Shown here: piece by piece, positions 15,704 to 29,702 of the stretch
Numbering within the stretch: position 1 is the first letter of the stretch
Layout: every line of letters begins with the position of its first letter
Assembly (NCBI GenBank): GCA_964016885.1
Contig: OZ024740.1
Span: forward strand, 404,364,001 to 404,428,000
Length of the DNA stretch: 64,000 nt
Reading direction: 5' to 3'
Origin: Eledone cirrhosa
Lineage: Eukaryota
Notes under the pieces: model-generated
What the model saw: only the letters and a program-made list of their open reading frames with translations
What the model was told of the DNA's origin: nothing
The model's database searches: none
Translations under genes and position numbers: made by a program

Positions 15704-16096
15704 ATGGTGCAATCTGGAGCAATAAGTAGCAGCAAGTGCCAACAGAATACTAACTCATTCCATTGCACAGATGGTTCTATAGAAATAGTCGACAGCTTCC
15801 GTTACCTGGGTGATAAAATCAGCAGTGGGGGAGGGTGCTCTGAAAGTACAGTAGCTAGAGTCAGAACGGGATGGAAAAAGTTCAGAGAGCTTATACCACT
15901 ATTGGCCGCTAAAGGGTTCTCTCTAAAAATGAAAGGCAGGCTGTATGATGCCTACATACGAACAGCAATGTTACATGGCAGTGAGACCTGGGCATTGTGT
16001 GCAGAGGATATATGCAGACTGGAGAGAAACGAAGCTTGCATGCTCCGCTGGATGTGTAATAGTAATATACGTGAACGACAAAGCATAAACGAACTC
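15704..16096 (+). mobile_element. RTE internal fragment, cut off by the L1/Tx1-like copy
   Basis: ORF 15704-16111 ([11 protein letters not shown]...RERQSINEL), then sequence switches abruptly. Confidence 0.85.
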
Positions 16097-18328
16097 CAAC
16101 GCGGAAGATGACCCTCGTTCGTCGTCAGACGAGGAGCACTTCCACACAATCAAAAGAAAAAAAAGAAAACACACCTCAGACACACAAATGAAAACAACTC
16201 CTCCCCAAAACATAACACTGACACCAACACAAAAGAGCTCACAACAACAGCAAACAAAAAATACCACACAAAAACAAAAACATGCATACACATACATAAA
16301 CACAAGAAATAAAAAACTGCTAAACATTGTGTACAACAACAATTTAGTAAAAACCCAAGGGCCTAACTTCACCCAGGCAGGGGATTTCCCCCACCTCAAA
16401 ATGAGTAAGGCCCCAGAGGACACATATAAAACACTAAAAGACAACTTTAAAGAGGACATGCCCCCCCGCGTCAGGCCCATTAACCGCGTCCTCCTAAACC
16501 CCCCCCCTCCCCAAATACCCACACAACTCCAAACACCCCAACCACACAACACACTGATGTCCCTACACTTCCACAAACCACCACCCGACTCAACAACCCA
16601 TCCCCACCCTCATGGAAATTGTGCAGCCCGATACCCAGGACGCAGAGAGGTAAGTGCCTTTTCTCTTCACCACCAACATGGCTATGCTAAGAGAAGGCTG
16701 TCTAAATCCGCGTGGCCTGGGCACAACTTGGAAGCAAGCAATGCTTCTAAATGACCTCAGGTCACAACGTATAGATGTGATAGTTATTTGCGAGGCCCGG
16801 ATCAGCAACGTGCGACAGCTGGCCTCCACCTTTGATGACTTTGAGATGCACGCATCTCTCTGTCAGCCCGGAGGTGGGGGTGGGGTTGTAGTTCTGGATC
16901 TCGCAACACAGACAGTACATTTGGACCCAGAGGGTCGACTAGTGGTTCTGGACCTTGGCAGTGGTGAAGGCGGAGCGTTTAGGTTGGTAGTCGTCTACGG
17001 TCCTTTCGCGTCAATGCGGCCGGACTTCTTCCATCGTCTGGAGACTTTTCTAGGGACGTCCCGCTCCTGGCTATTAGTGGGGGACTGGAATGGTATCCTA
17101 GATGCACGTTGGGACTACGTAGGGGCCTGCCCCGATAGAGAGGAGTGTAATAGACTCAAAGGGTTAATCGGTCGATTTGACCTGGCCGATAGATATCGAC
17201 TAGATTTTCCGACTGCGCCAACCTGGACTTGGGCAAACCGCAGCGGATCATCTAGGTCGTACCTAGATAGGTTCTTAGTTAGAAATAAGGATAAGGACTT
17301 TTTAAGTTCTCCAAAAATGCTCATGGTTGGCTATTCAGACCACAAGTTAGTGACCTGCATGGTCAACCTTGACAGAACGCATAGACAGGGACCCGGTTAC
17401 TGGAAGCTCAACTTGTCCTTACCGGCAAGTAAGGCTTACAGGGACTGGATTAGCACTTTAGTTAAGGAGAGGTTTACAGGCGCCATCGTCAACAGCAGAT
17501 GGTGGGGATCTCTCAAAAGAGAGATTAGAGTAGTCTCTATAGAATTTAGTAAGGAGTTAGCCTCAAATAGAAATAGGAAGGAAAGGGAGTTGGTAGATAG
17601 TGTAGAAGAGGCAATTAGAAGCGGCGACGTGGCCAGAGTGCTAGCGTCGAGAACGGCCCTGGGCCAGTTCTTCGACGCGAAACACGAAGGCTGCATCGTC
17701 CGAAGCAAAATACGTGCTCTGAGAAACGAGGGGACCAAAGCTGTTAGCTGGGCCCATGTGACAGAAGCCAAAAGAGGGAGTAGATCCACTATCCGGTCTC
17801 TGCAAGACCAGGATGGACGGGTGATCCTTGAGCCTAAGCAGATGTGCGAGGCTTTTCAAAAGCACTTTGCCAGATTGTTAGGAAGGGGCGGGGAGCCGGT
17901 TGGGGAAGTGGACTTCGGTCCATACCTCGACGGCCCGATATCATTTCGGAAGAAGGATCAGGATGGAGAGAGAGATGCTGCACCCCAGCCGTTTTTATGA
18001 AAGATTGGTGAAAGTGGTGAGAATGGCCTGTGTGAATGGGCCTTCATTCTACATCAAACTATAGGTGAGGAAGATGAAAGATCAAGGGAGCACCTCCTCT
18101 CTGTGCTCCTGAGGAGAAGGGTTGCACACTTTTTTTCGGGGGTGTGTGCGAGCCTCCAAGGTGCCTCCTCCCTATTGAGGATTTTGTTATTAAATTTATT
18201 TTTGTTATATTTTATTTTATTTTTATATCTTGTTATTGCCTCCTCCTTATTGAGGACGCCTTTTTATGTAAACTACCCCCATTGTACTTGTCCCACTTTT
18301 TGATGCCCTGGTGGCAAATAAAAAGAAA
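16097..18328 (+). mobile_element. Second L1/Tx1-like copy: upstream region plus APE domain, with ~2.0 kb internal deletion removing the RT
   Basis: Near-identical to 1-938 and 2932-3325, joined at ~17935 (CGACGGCC|CGATATCA). ORF 16654-18000 starts with APE motif GCLNPRGL. Confidence 0.88.
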
Positions 18329-18468
18329 GTTATTTATTTATCTATTATTTCTTCACAGGTGTCTTAACCGTATAGCCTTTTTTAAGTGTTTTTTTGTGTG
18401 GTCGATTATACTAATTGGGAGAGGAAATTAAGTATATATCGATTAAATATATCGTCAACCATACACAA

Positions 18469-19932
18469 TCTATATATATAAAACTGAGGTTGTCTGTCTG
18501 TCTATCGATTTTTGGCACACATCTCCTCTTAGGATCTCTCACGGAATTGCACCGAAATTGCTATACTTGTACATTGAGCCCTAGCGAAGACATCGGAAAA
18601 AAAATATATCAAATTGACCCGCCCTATCTGACGAAATCGAATATAATGTATCGATTTTTGAGCGTAAGTGATCAGTTATTTCCCTTTGTTCTGTTTACAT
18701 TGAGCGTCTGCGTGCAAAAATTAAAAAAATTACGCTGGCTTTCTCAGCGTTTAAAATGACATTAACACAATAATTTTTACTTGAAAACAAGTCTATTTAA
18801 AGACTACGTAAAACAAGCAAATATTTCGTAAAAAAAAGCAAAAATTATATAAGTTTATTTAAAATATATGTATCTGTAAATTTCGTTAGGCGTGCAGTCA
18901 GTTTTATATATATAGATGATAAACAATAATATCCTCTATGAGGTCACTAAACCTGCTAGAAACAGCAGCTAACTCTCCCTCATATCACACCACTCCCTAC
19001 TGTCTTAAATTTAGAAAACACATATCCTCTATGAGGTTACTAAACCTGCTAGAAACAGCAGGTAACTCTCCCTCATATCATACCCCTCCCTACTGTCTTA
19101 AATTTAGAAAACATATCTTCCATGAGGTCACTAAACCTGCTAGAAACAGCAGCTAACTCTCCCTCATATCACACCCCTCCCTACTGTCTTAAATTTAGAA
19201 AACATATCCTCTATGAGGTCACTAAACCTGCTAGAAACAGCAGCTAACTCTCCCCCATATCACACTCCTCTCTACTGTCTTAAATTTAGAAAACATATCT
19301 TCTATGAGGTCACTAAACCTGCTAGAAACAGCAGCTAACTCTCCCTCATATCACACCACTCCCTACTGTCTTAAATTTAGAAAACATATCCTCTATGAGG
19401 TCACTAAACCTGCTAGAAACAGCAGCTAACTCTCCCCCATATCACACCCCTCTCTACTGTCTTAAATTTAGAAAACATATCTTCTATGAGGTCACTAAAC
19501 CTGCTAGAAACAGCAGCTAACTCTCCCTCATATCACACCACTCCCTACTGTCTTAAATTTAGAAAACACATATCCTCTATGAGGTCACTAAACCTGCTAG
19601 AAACAACAGCTAACTCTCCCTCATATCACAACCCTCCCTACTGTCTTAAATTTAGAAAACACACAGACAACCATGCAGAACAACTCCATCGCAGCTCTGT
19701 TGTTCGGCTGGCATCGTCTACTCGCGTGTTGCGCAAGTACTGTGAAACAATAAATTTCAACACTTTTTTGCACAGAGATAATATCCATAGGTGAAACTAC
19801 AATTGTCACTGCTGGCGCAGCTCATGCTTCCAGGTCTGCAATTCATTCACCCAGTGCCTGGCAGACAAAAAAGTGCTGCAACCTAACTTTGGTAACTTAA
19901 TGACCCCGAGCAACGCCGGGCTTTAATGCTAG
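18469..19932 (+). mobile_element. Non-autonomous Helitron (1464 bp)
   Basis: Starts TC, ends CTAG, subterminal hairpin CCCG-A-GC-AAC-GC-CGGG (19905-19920). Inserted between A and T without TSD. The empty site ACACAA|TTAGG is present at ~3466. Confidence 0.9.
18929..19663 (+). repeat. Minisatellite, 8 copies of a 91-93 bp unit inside the Helitron
   Basis: ATGAGGT.ACTAAACCTGCTAGAAAC starts at 18938, 19031, 19122, 19213, 19304, 19395, 19486 and 19579. Confidence 0.95.
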
Positions 19933-20239
19933 TTAGGTATAAAATTAAAGTTAGAAGAAAAAATGCATATATTTAATATATATTTAATAATATATTTAAT
20001 CGATTTGGATATGCTATTGAAATGCTGGGTAAACATTCTATGGCTGTTGATAGCGAATACATGGCTATCATTTATTTATCTATTATTTCTTCACAGGTGT
20101 CTTTTAACCTTACAGCCTGGTTTAATTGGTTTTTTGTGTGGTTGATTATGCTAATTGGGAGAGGAAATTGAGTATATATCTTATCATATGATTCTAAGGA
20201 CATAATTTATAGTATATATAGACATATACATATATATAT

Positions 20240-20672
20240 AAGACAATGTCACTGGACCGAGATCTTTGGCGCTACACAGTAATACAGAAAACCCGCCTTG
20301 CCTAAGTACAAAGCGAAAACTACAGTCAGTAGGCACCTCTTAACAAAAAAATACACACCCGTCCCACTACCCCACCCCATCCGATGTAAAGTTATGTTGG
20401 TACCACAACATCCAGTCCGAAATAAATGAGGTCGTGTAGGTGTCACGACAAAAAAACACACAGTCCACGCTGTAATGTGGCCGTGTAGGTAACACGGTAA
20501 AAACCTCCCAGTCCACACTGTAAACGTGGTTAGTGTTAGGAAGAGCATCCAGTCGTAGAAAACCCGCCAGACAGTCCTATACGAGCAAGACAACCAATCT
20601 TGCCTCAAGTGGGAAAATTCCCGTCCAAACCCATGCAAGCGTGGAAGATGGACGTTAAACGATGATGATGAT
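20240..20672 (+). mobile_element. RTE 3' fragment (duplicate of 3763-4196)
   Basis: Near-identical sequence and flanks. Confidence 0.85.
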
Positions 20673-20684
20673 ATATATATATAT

Positions 20685-21604
20685 ATTAGCTAAGATCTTT
20701 CTATCCCTTATTACGAAGCATTTTCCCTCTACACATAAATATAGTAAAATTTTTACTAGAAATACTATTAAAATTTCTTACTCTACGACTCCTAACCTTG
20801 CACATAACATCACAGCTTCAAATTTAGCTAAACTACCTAGCCGTAGGAACACGTGCAACCCTGTAGTTAGTACTAACTGTAATTGTAGGAATCGGGTTGA
20901 TTGCCCCCTATCCAGGAAATGCCTCTCTAGTAACATTGTCTACAAATGTAAGGTTGAAACACCCACGTCCCGTAAGGCCTACATAGGGTTAACCGCCAAT
21001 AGATTCAAGCAGCGTCTTTACATGCATACCCATTCTTTTCGTTACTCCTCTAAGAAGGAATATGACGTCACTTTCAGCTTATATCTGGAGTCTAAAAGAC
21101 AACCACACCCAATATAATTTACACTGGGAGATCCTAGCTAGGGCTAGATCGTATAACGGAAATAAAAGACCATGTGACCTCTTTGCCACTGAGGCCCTGG
21201 AAATACTCTACGCTACAGACCACATCTTAAAAAATAAATCTGACGCAATTTCGGCTTGTAAACATAAATTGCACAAAACTTTCCTGTATTACAGCCCCAC
21301 ATTATACCCCTAACGGATAGTACGATCTATGCGTGGATATTTTACGTCTTGAAGAGGTAGCAAAGTATATGTTAGGTTTATACCATTACTTATTTGCATA
21401 GGTAAGTATATATTACCTGTTTGTTTTGTGAAGCCAGGGAACATTTCCACGAACCAAAGTATCGTCTTCCTGTCTTCCTCCGGTTGCAACGTTTTTTTAA
21501 ATATCCACTTCTGCGTTTACAGATTGACTTTGTTAGTTACAGAAGATCCCGTTAAGGGTGAAAGCAGCGATTCTTTGCTTAAAGTTTAATCTGTTATTTT
21601 AATA
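20685..21604 (+). mobile_element. Penelope-like 3' fragment (duplicate of 4211-5128), frameshifted
   Basis: ORFs 20662-21117 and 21062-21313 with CNCRNRVDC and YIG motifs. Confidence 0.8.
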
Positions 21605-21645
21605 ATTATATATAATATATATATACATATATATACATATATATA

Positions 21646-21676
<31 letters not shown>

Positions 21677-21727
21677 ATATATATATATACATATACATAT
21701 ATATATACATATATATATACATATATC

Positions 21728-21815
<88 letters not shown>

Positions 21816-21907
21816 ATATATATATATACATATATATATAATACATATATATACATATATATATATACATATATATATACATATATATATATATACATAT
21901 ATATATA

Positions 21908-21938
<31 letters not shown>

Positions 21939-21952
21939 ATATATATATATAC

Positions 21953-21983
<31 letters not shown>

Positions 21984-22076
21984 CATATTATATATATATA
22001 ATATATATATACATATTATATATATATACATATATATATATACATATTATATATATATACATATATATCTATATAC

Positions 22077-22107
<31 letters not shown>

Positions 22108-22565
22108 CATAATATATATATACATATATATATATACATATATATATATATACATATATATATATACATATATATATATATTACATATATATATATACAT
22201 ACATATATATATATGTATGTATATATATATATATATGTATATATATATACATACATATATATATATACATACATATATATATATATACATACATACATAT
22301 ATACATACATATATATATATACATACATATATATATACATACATATATATATACATACATACATATATATACATATATATATACATACATACATATATAT
22401 ACATACATACATACATATATATATACATATATATACATACATACATACATATATATATACATACATACATATATATATACATACATACATACATATATAT
22501 ATACATACATACATATATATATACATACATACATATATATATACATACATACATACATATATATA

Positions 22566-22627
<62 letters not shown>

Positions 22628-22709
22628 CATACATACATATATATATACATACATATATATATATATACATACATATATATATATACATACATATATATAT
22701 ATACATACA

Positions 22710-22749
<40 letters not shown>

Positions 22750-22821
22750 CATACATATATATATACATACATATATATATACATACATATATATATACAT
22801 ACATATATATATACATACATA
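21605..22821. repeat. (TA)n/(TACA)n compound microsatellite
   Basis: Direct reading. Confidence 0.97.
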
Positions 22822-23098
22822 TGCCAAATCAACTTTTTCAAATACAAGTCGATGTTGAACGGTATGTCAAATCTATTTATCTATAAAACTGTCTATATTG
22901 TATTTTGTCTGAAGAAGGCATAACATATTGTTAATATGATATCCCTGAAATATATATAATGAAATAAATATGGTTTTATAAATATAGTTTCCATTTATTT
23001 AATATCGTAAATATACTCCAAATACTTGTTGAGTGCTTTTATATCAGTTATAAATATTTACTAGTTGTAACCCAACAATTTAAATATAACTTTCCATG
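22822..23098 (+). mobile_element. AT-rich insertion, probable PLE 3' end / pseudo-LTR
   Basis: Absent from the paralogous array (8783-10187). Carries a hammerhead motif followed by AATAAA. Starts with ..FFKYKSMLN, similar to a GIY-YIG C-terminus. Confidence 0.55.
22901..22966 (+). ncRNA. Type I hammerhead ribozyme motif (AT-rich)
   Basis: Stem I TATTTTGT/ATGAAATA (2 G-U), CTGAAGA 22909-22915, stem II AGG/CCT enclosing hairpin CATATT-GTT-AATATG, GAAA 22947-22950, palindromic stem III ATATATAT, predicted cut after AUA (22958). Confidence 0.6.
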
Positions 23099-23134
23099 TA
23101 CATACATACATACATACATATATATATACATACA

Positions 23135-23170
<36 letters not shown>

Positions 23171-23328
23171 TACATACATATATACATACATATATATATA
23201 TACATACATATATATATAAATATATATACATATATATACATACATATATACATATACATACATATATACATAAATATATACATATACATACATATATACA
23301 TAAATATATACATACATACATATATACA

Positions 23329-23935
23329 TGGTGGCTGCCAACTCGTTTTCGAGTACGGCCACTACTTTATATCCATGTAGGAGAACCCCTACCGATGCGC
23401 TGAACGAGTGTGACTTTTTAGTCCAGCCAGCGACTTGAAAACTCTGGTACAAACACTACACTTGTGACAATTATTGACACATAGTGCTTTACCTTTGGTA
23501 CCATGTGACGACAAGTACAGAGAGATCTCCAGATACAAAGCAATGCCTGTGCCGTGAAGCTTTTATAGTGAGCAAAGGCACTGCACAAAGCCAGTCCCAC
23601 TCTCTTAACCAAGATGATATTTACCAAAAAGAAGAACAAGTCAACATCATTGGATACCATCAGGGTTGCAGGTGTTATATCAGAGTTTTCCTTCTCCTAG
23701 AATTCTGCCTTGACAAAGGCTAAGGGGTCATCTCTCCCAGTGATTTTGGATGGCCATTGACTCTTAAGAGCTCCTTTGCCCTTTGACAGGTTTTGTTTTT
23801 AGTCCTGCAGGATGTCCAAAGTCACCCTCCTCACCAAGAAACATTGGTGGGGTTGCCAGTTTAGTCGCCAACGACCCGACCATGAGACAGGTTGTACTGG
23901 GATACATGTTACCAGTAGCACCAACTGTCAGGTCA
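23329..23935 (-). mobile_element. Element X, copy 2
   Basis: Colinear with 10188-10797, with scattered substitutions. Confidence 0.45.
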
Positions 23936-24128
23936 CATATATACATAAATATATACATACATACATAAATATATACATAAATATATACATACATACATAT
24001 ATACATAAATATATACATAAATATATACATACATACATATATACATAAATACATAAATATATACATAAATATATACATACATACATATATACATAAATAT
24101 ATACATACATACATATATACATAAATAT

Positions 24129-24179
<51 letters not shown>

Positions 24180-24184
24180 CATAT

Positions 24185-24231
<47 letters not shown>

Positions 24232-24240
24232 CATACATAT

Positions 24241-24277
<37 letters not shown>

Positions 24278-24330
24278 CATACATACATACATACATATAT
24301 ATAAATATATATACATACATATATACATAC

Positions 24331-24375
<45 letters not shown>

Positions 24376-24422
24376 CATACATACATATATATATAAATAT
24401 ATATACATACATATATACATAC

Positions 24423-24455
<33 letters not shown>

Positions 24456-24640
24456 CATACATATATACATACATACATACATATATATATATATATACAT
24501 ACATATATATATAAATATATATACATACATATATATATATATATATACATACATATATATATAAATATATATACATACATATATATATAAATATATATAC
24601 ATACATATATATATATATATATACATACATATATATATAA

Positions 24641-24671
<31 letters not shown>

Positions 24672-24684
24672 AATACATACATAA

Positions 24685-24715
<31 letters not shown>

Positions 24716-24716
24716 A

Positions 24717-24781
<65 letters not shown>

Positions 24782-24804
24782 CATACATATATATATATAT
24801 ATAT

Positions 24805-24835
<31 letters not shown>

Positions 24836-24837
24836 CA

Positions 24838-24873
<36 letters not shown>

Positions 24874-24924
24874 TATACATATATATATACATACATATAT
24901 ATATATACATATATATATACATAC

Positions 24925-24958
<34 letters not shown>

Positions 24959-25020
24959 ATACATACATATATATATACATATATATATATATACATATAT
25001 ATATATACATATATATATAC

Positions 25021-25054
<34 letters not shown>

Positions 25055-25329
25055 ATATACATACATATATATATACATACATATATATATACATACATAT
25101 ATATATATACATACATACATATATATATACATACATATATATATACATACATATATATATACATACATATATATATACATACATACATACATATATACAT
25201 ACATACATATATACATACATACATATATATATACATACATATATATATACATACATACATATATAGACATATATATATATACATACATATATATATATAT
25301 AGACATATATATATATACATACATATATA
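23936..25329. repeat. (TA)n/(TACA)n/(TAAATA) compound microsatellite; empty site for the R4/Dong element
   Basis: Direct reading. Same flanks as 10798-15526 but without the retrotransposon. Confidence 0.95.
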
Positions 25330-25482
25330 CACTGTAAATGTGGTTGGTGTTAGGAAGGGCATCCAACTGTAGAAAACCCGCCAGACAGTCCTATGCGAGC
25401 AAGACAACCACTCTTGCCTCAAGTGGGAAAACTCCCGTCCAAACCCATGCAAGCATGGAGCACGGACGTTAAACGATGATGA

Positions 25483-25516
<34 letters not shown>

Positions 25517-25828
25517 TGCAATCTGGAGCAATAAGTAGCAGCAAGTGCCAACAGAATACTAACTCATTCCATTGCACAGATGGTTCTATAGAAATAGTCG
25601 ACAGCTTCCATTACCTGGGTGATAAAATCAGCAGTGGGGGAGGGTGCTCTGAAAGTACAGTAGCTAGAGTCAGAACGGGATGGAAAAAGTTCAGAGAGCT
25701 TATACCACTATTGGCCGCTAAAGGGTTCTCTCTAAAAATGAAAGGCAGGCTGTATGATGCCTACATACGAACAGCAATGTTACATGGCAGTGAGACCTGG
25801 GCATTGTGTGCAGAGGATATATGCAGAC
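25330..25828 (+). mobile_element. RTE 3' tail fragment, (TA)n, RTE internal fragment (duplicate of 15527-16020)
   Basis: Near-identical to 15527-16020. Confidence 0.85.
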
Positions 25829-28800
25829 TTAGTTCGTTTATGCTTTGTCGTTCACGTATATTACTATTACACATCCAGCGGAGCATGCAAGCTTCGTTTC
25901 TCTCCAGTCTGCGTATATCCTCTGCACACAATGCCCAGGTCTCACTGCCATGCAACATTGCTGTTCGTATGCAGGCATCGTACAGCCTGCCTTTTATTTT
26001 TAGGGAGAACCCTTTAGCGGCTAATAGTGGTATAAGCTCTCTGAACTTTTTCCACCCAGTTCTGACTCTAGCTACTGTACTTTCAGAGCACCCTCCCCCA
26101 CTGCTGATTTTGTCACCCAGGTAACGGAAGCTGTCCACTATTTCTATAGAACCCTCTGCGCAGTTGAAAGAGCTAGTATTTTATGGGCACTTGCTGCTAC
26201 TTATTGCCCCAGAACACCGGCCACATGTAAAATCTATGTTCTTAGTTAGCTTACCTGTGATCCCACTACATCTTTTATGCACCCAAACTTTGCATTTGGG
26301 ACACAAAATGGAATTTCTCCCTACGCCTTTCCTACACTCTGCGCATGGCCACTTCCCGGAGGGGACCGCCGCCTTATTTTCTTCCTTACAAACTAGAACT
26401 TTAGTCTTAGCCAGGTTAATTTTAAGGCCTTTTGATTCTAGGCCGTGCTTCCATGTTTGGAATTTCTTCTCTAGCTCGGCCATTGATTCAGCTATGAGCG
26501 TTAGATCATCTGCGTATAGGAGTTCCCATGGGCAGCCGGTCTTGAACTCCACTGTTATAGCCTGGAGGGCAATAATAAATAGTAGGGGGCTAAGAACAGA
26601 GCCCTGATGAACAACTTTTACACTAAACTCTTCACTATATTCGTTGTTAATTCTAACCTTGCTGACTGTTTCTTTATACATGGCTTGTATAGCTCTCACA
26701 AGCCATTCATCAACACCTAGTTTTCTAAGAGCCCACCAGATAATGGAACGGGGGACTCTGTCGAAGGCCTTCTCCAAGTCGACGAAAGCTAAGTATAGGG
26801 GTTTACTTTTAGCTAGGTACTTCTCCTGTAGTTGTCGTACAATGAAAAGAGCGTCTGTGGTACTTTTTCCTGACACAAACCCGAACTGCATTTCATCTAG
26901 ATCAATTCGCTCTCTGATTAGTTGCGCTATTACTTTTTCCGTGACCTTCATGACCTGGTCGATTAATTTAATGCCTCTATAGTTACTCCTATCTAGGGCA
27001 TCTCTTTTACCCTTATAACAGTTAACGATAATGCTGCTACGCCAGTCCTTCGAAACAACCCCATTCTGTATGACTTGGTTGACTATCCGGGTGACCATGG
27101 TGTGTCCCACAGTACCAGATGCCTTCAGCATCTCGGCAACTATTTTCGAAGGCCCAGCAGCCTTGCCTGTCTTCATATCTTTGATTGCCTTACTTATTAT
27201 ACTACCCTCGACTAACACTGCTGGTCCCTCTATTGGGTCGATGTGGGGGAGACTGTCTTTCTCCCATTTATTCTCCTCATTTAGTAGCCTTTCATAGTGA
27301 CACTTCCAAGCTACCTTCTTATCGGCGTCGGTGATGGCAAGTACGCCGTCATCGTTAAGTACACACTTCTCCCCGACAATATCACTGTTTTCCTTGACAC
27401 ATTGCCTAGCAATCCTGAACACCTCACGTTTTTGGTCCTCACGTTGTAGAACATGCTTGAACTTTCTTTCCTCTGCTTCCCTTCTTGCAAAGTACACTTG
27501 TCTCCTAGCTTCCCTCCTGGCCACTTGATAGTCTTCTCTGCTTCCCCCATCCCGCCATACTTTCCAAGCCTGCTTTTTGGCCTTGATTGACCCCTCCACC
27601 TTACTGTTCCACCACCATGTTACTCTCCTCCTGCCTACAAGCCTGCTCCAGCCACAGACTTCGTCTGCCGCCGTCAGCAGGTTTGCTTTCAGGAATTCCC
27701 ACTGTTCCTCTACCTTGTACGTCTCTAATTGCTCTTCCTCACTGTCGAAAGCATCAAGTAATATGCTTTGGAATTTATTTTTGGCTGTGGGGTCCTTTAG
27801 CTTCCATATTTTTCTCCTGAGGATAGTCCTCTTCTGTTGTCTAGTACGTCTCGTCCTGACTATTAGGTCGCTAATTATCAGTCTATGTTGGGAAGTGCAT
27901 TTTTCATGGGGGAGGGATTTAGTGTTTACGACAGTCACTTTGTCACGTCTTCTGGTAAGGATATAATCTACCTGGCTGGTATGTTCCTCTGATCTGTAGG
28001 TGATCAAGTGATTGTCTCGTTTTTTGAAGTTAGTGTTGCAGATAGTTAGGTTATTTGCATCACAGAATTCCAGGATTCTGGAGCCTTCCTCATTTCTAGT
28101 ACCAAACCCATAGCCTCCATGGATTTCGTCGTAGCCGTCACAATGTTGTCCAACGTGACCGTTTAGGTCGCCTGCAATAATTATATAGTCACTGTCGGTT
28201 ATTTGGGAGGTAGTGAGCATCAGTGTCTCATAGAATCTGTCTTTTATAGTGCTGGGCAGTCCGGATTGGGGTGCGTACGCGGATATTACTGTCACCGTAG
28301 TTCTATTGAGGACAAGTCTTATTTTAATTATTCTGTCGTTCACTCTATTTACGTCTATTATCTTATCTGCCCACTTTTCTGCTACCATGATTCCTACTCC
28401 ACCCAGCCCATTGTCGTTTCCCACCCAGAAAAGCTTATAGCATCGTTTTCTACCCACAATGTATCTAGCAGATCCACCCCTCCACCTGGTCTCTTGAATA
28501 CAACAAACATCAACCTCCTTACGTTCAAGCATTTCTACAACCTCGTTAGAGAGACCCTTTAAGGTGCCTACATTCAAGGTACCAACTCTGAAGTTTTGGA
28601 TTGCGTTTGGGGCTTAGAAAGGTGGGGAGCGGGGGGAGATGGGGTTATGTTAGCCATCCGCGGCCGAAACAAAGAGGCATGCTCGCATTCTCGTCCACGA
28701 GGTGTGATTGTCTTTAACTTTGGCACTGTCGCTGAGCGTCCAGATTTTTCTCTCTTCAACTCTCCGGAACTCCGTAGTCCTTCCATCCTACATATCGAAG

Positions 28801-28900
28801 GCGACCAGGTAAGCGATAGTATAGGCCTCTGGCTTATGATTGGTCCACGTAATAATAATGGTGGTGTGTGGGGGCGGGAGGGAGGGGTGTTGTGTTGTTA
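25829..28900 (-). mobile_element. RTE LINE with 5' region, APE endonuclease and RT; 3' end missing; premature stop
   Basis: ORF 26181-28577: (FRVGT)[70 protein letters not shown]. Upstream frame 28574-28786 is probably the frameshifted N-terminus. 5' boundary approximate. Confidence 0.9.
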
Positions 28901-29702
28901 GCGAGAAGGATAGGTTTAAGTGAGAACCCCGTATTAACAAACAAAAATACAAGATTTGTTTAGTAAAATACGTCAAAAACTTCCGTATTTTTACAAGCAT
29001 GACAGAAATACAAGAGATTTGTTTTGGAAAATACATGAGGAATGGAAAGAAAATAGAAAAAAAGAAAAAAAAAAAAAAATGCTATTGGAAGGACTAAAGA
29101 TGCTGTTGGAAGGACTAATGGAGTTAGGCGTATGTTAGAAGAGGTAGAAAAATGAGTACATTACATTATAACCATGAATGAATGAAGTTCAGCCACAAGT
29201 TTGGCGAAAGTGAATTACTTTGTCTTATATATGTATATGGGTTGGGTAGAGAGAGAGGGGGGTGGGTGGTGGTGGTGATGGTGATGATTTGACCGCATGT
29301 TGTAGAGTGTGGTGGAGGGGAGGAAGATATTAAGGAGCGGGAATTAAGAGTTTGAAATAATAACATATATTTAAAATATTGTTAAGAGTTTGAAGTAACA
29401 AATATATTTAAAATATTTGTATATGAAAAGAGTAGGTTTAAGCGAGAAGGATAGGTTTAAGTGAGAACCCCGTATTAACGAACAAAAATACAAGATTTGT
29501 TTAGTAAAATACGTCAAAAACTTCCGTATTTTTACAAGCATGACAGAAATACAAGAGATTTGTTTTGGAAAATACATGGGGAATGGAAAGAGGATAGAAA
29601 AAAAAAAAAAAAAAAAAAATGCTATTGGAAGGACTAATGGAGTTAGGCGTATGTTAGAAGAGGTAGAAAAATGAGTACATTACATTATAACCATGAATGA
29701 AT
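28899..29702. repeat. ~270-bp direct repeat with 541-bp period, unknown origin
   Basis: GCGAGAAGGATAGGTTTAAGTGAGAACCCC...CATTATAACCATGAATGAAT at 28901 and 29442. Confidence 0.85.

Noticed and set aside
18929-19663. CRISPR-like or coding repeat
   Set aside because: Whole units are repeated without spacers and the 91-bp period breaks the frame. It is a Helitron-internal minisatellite.
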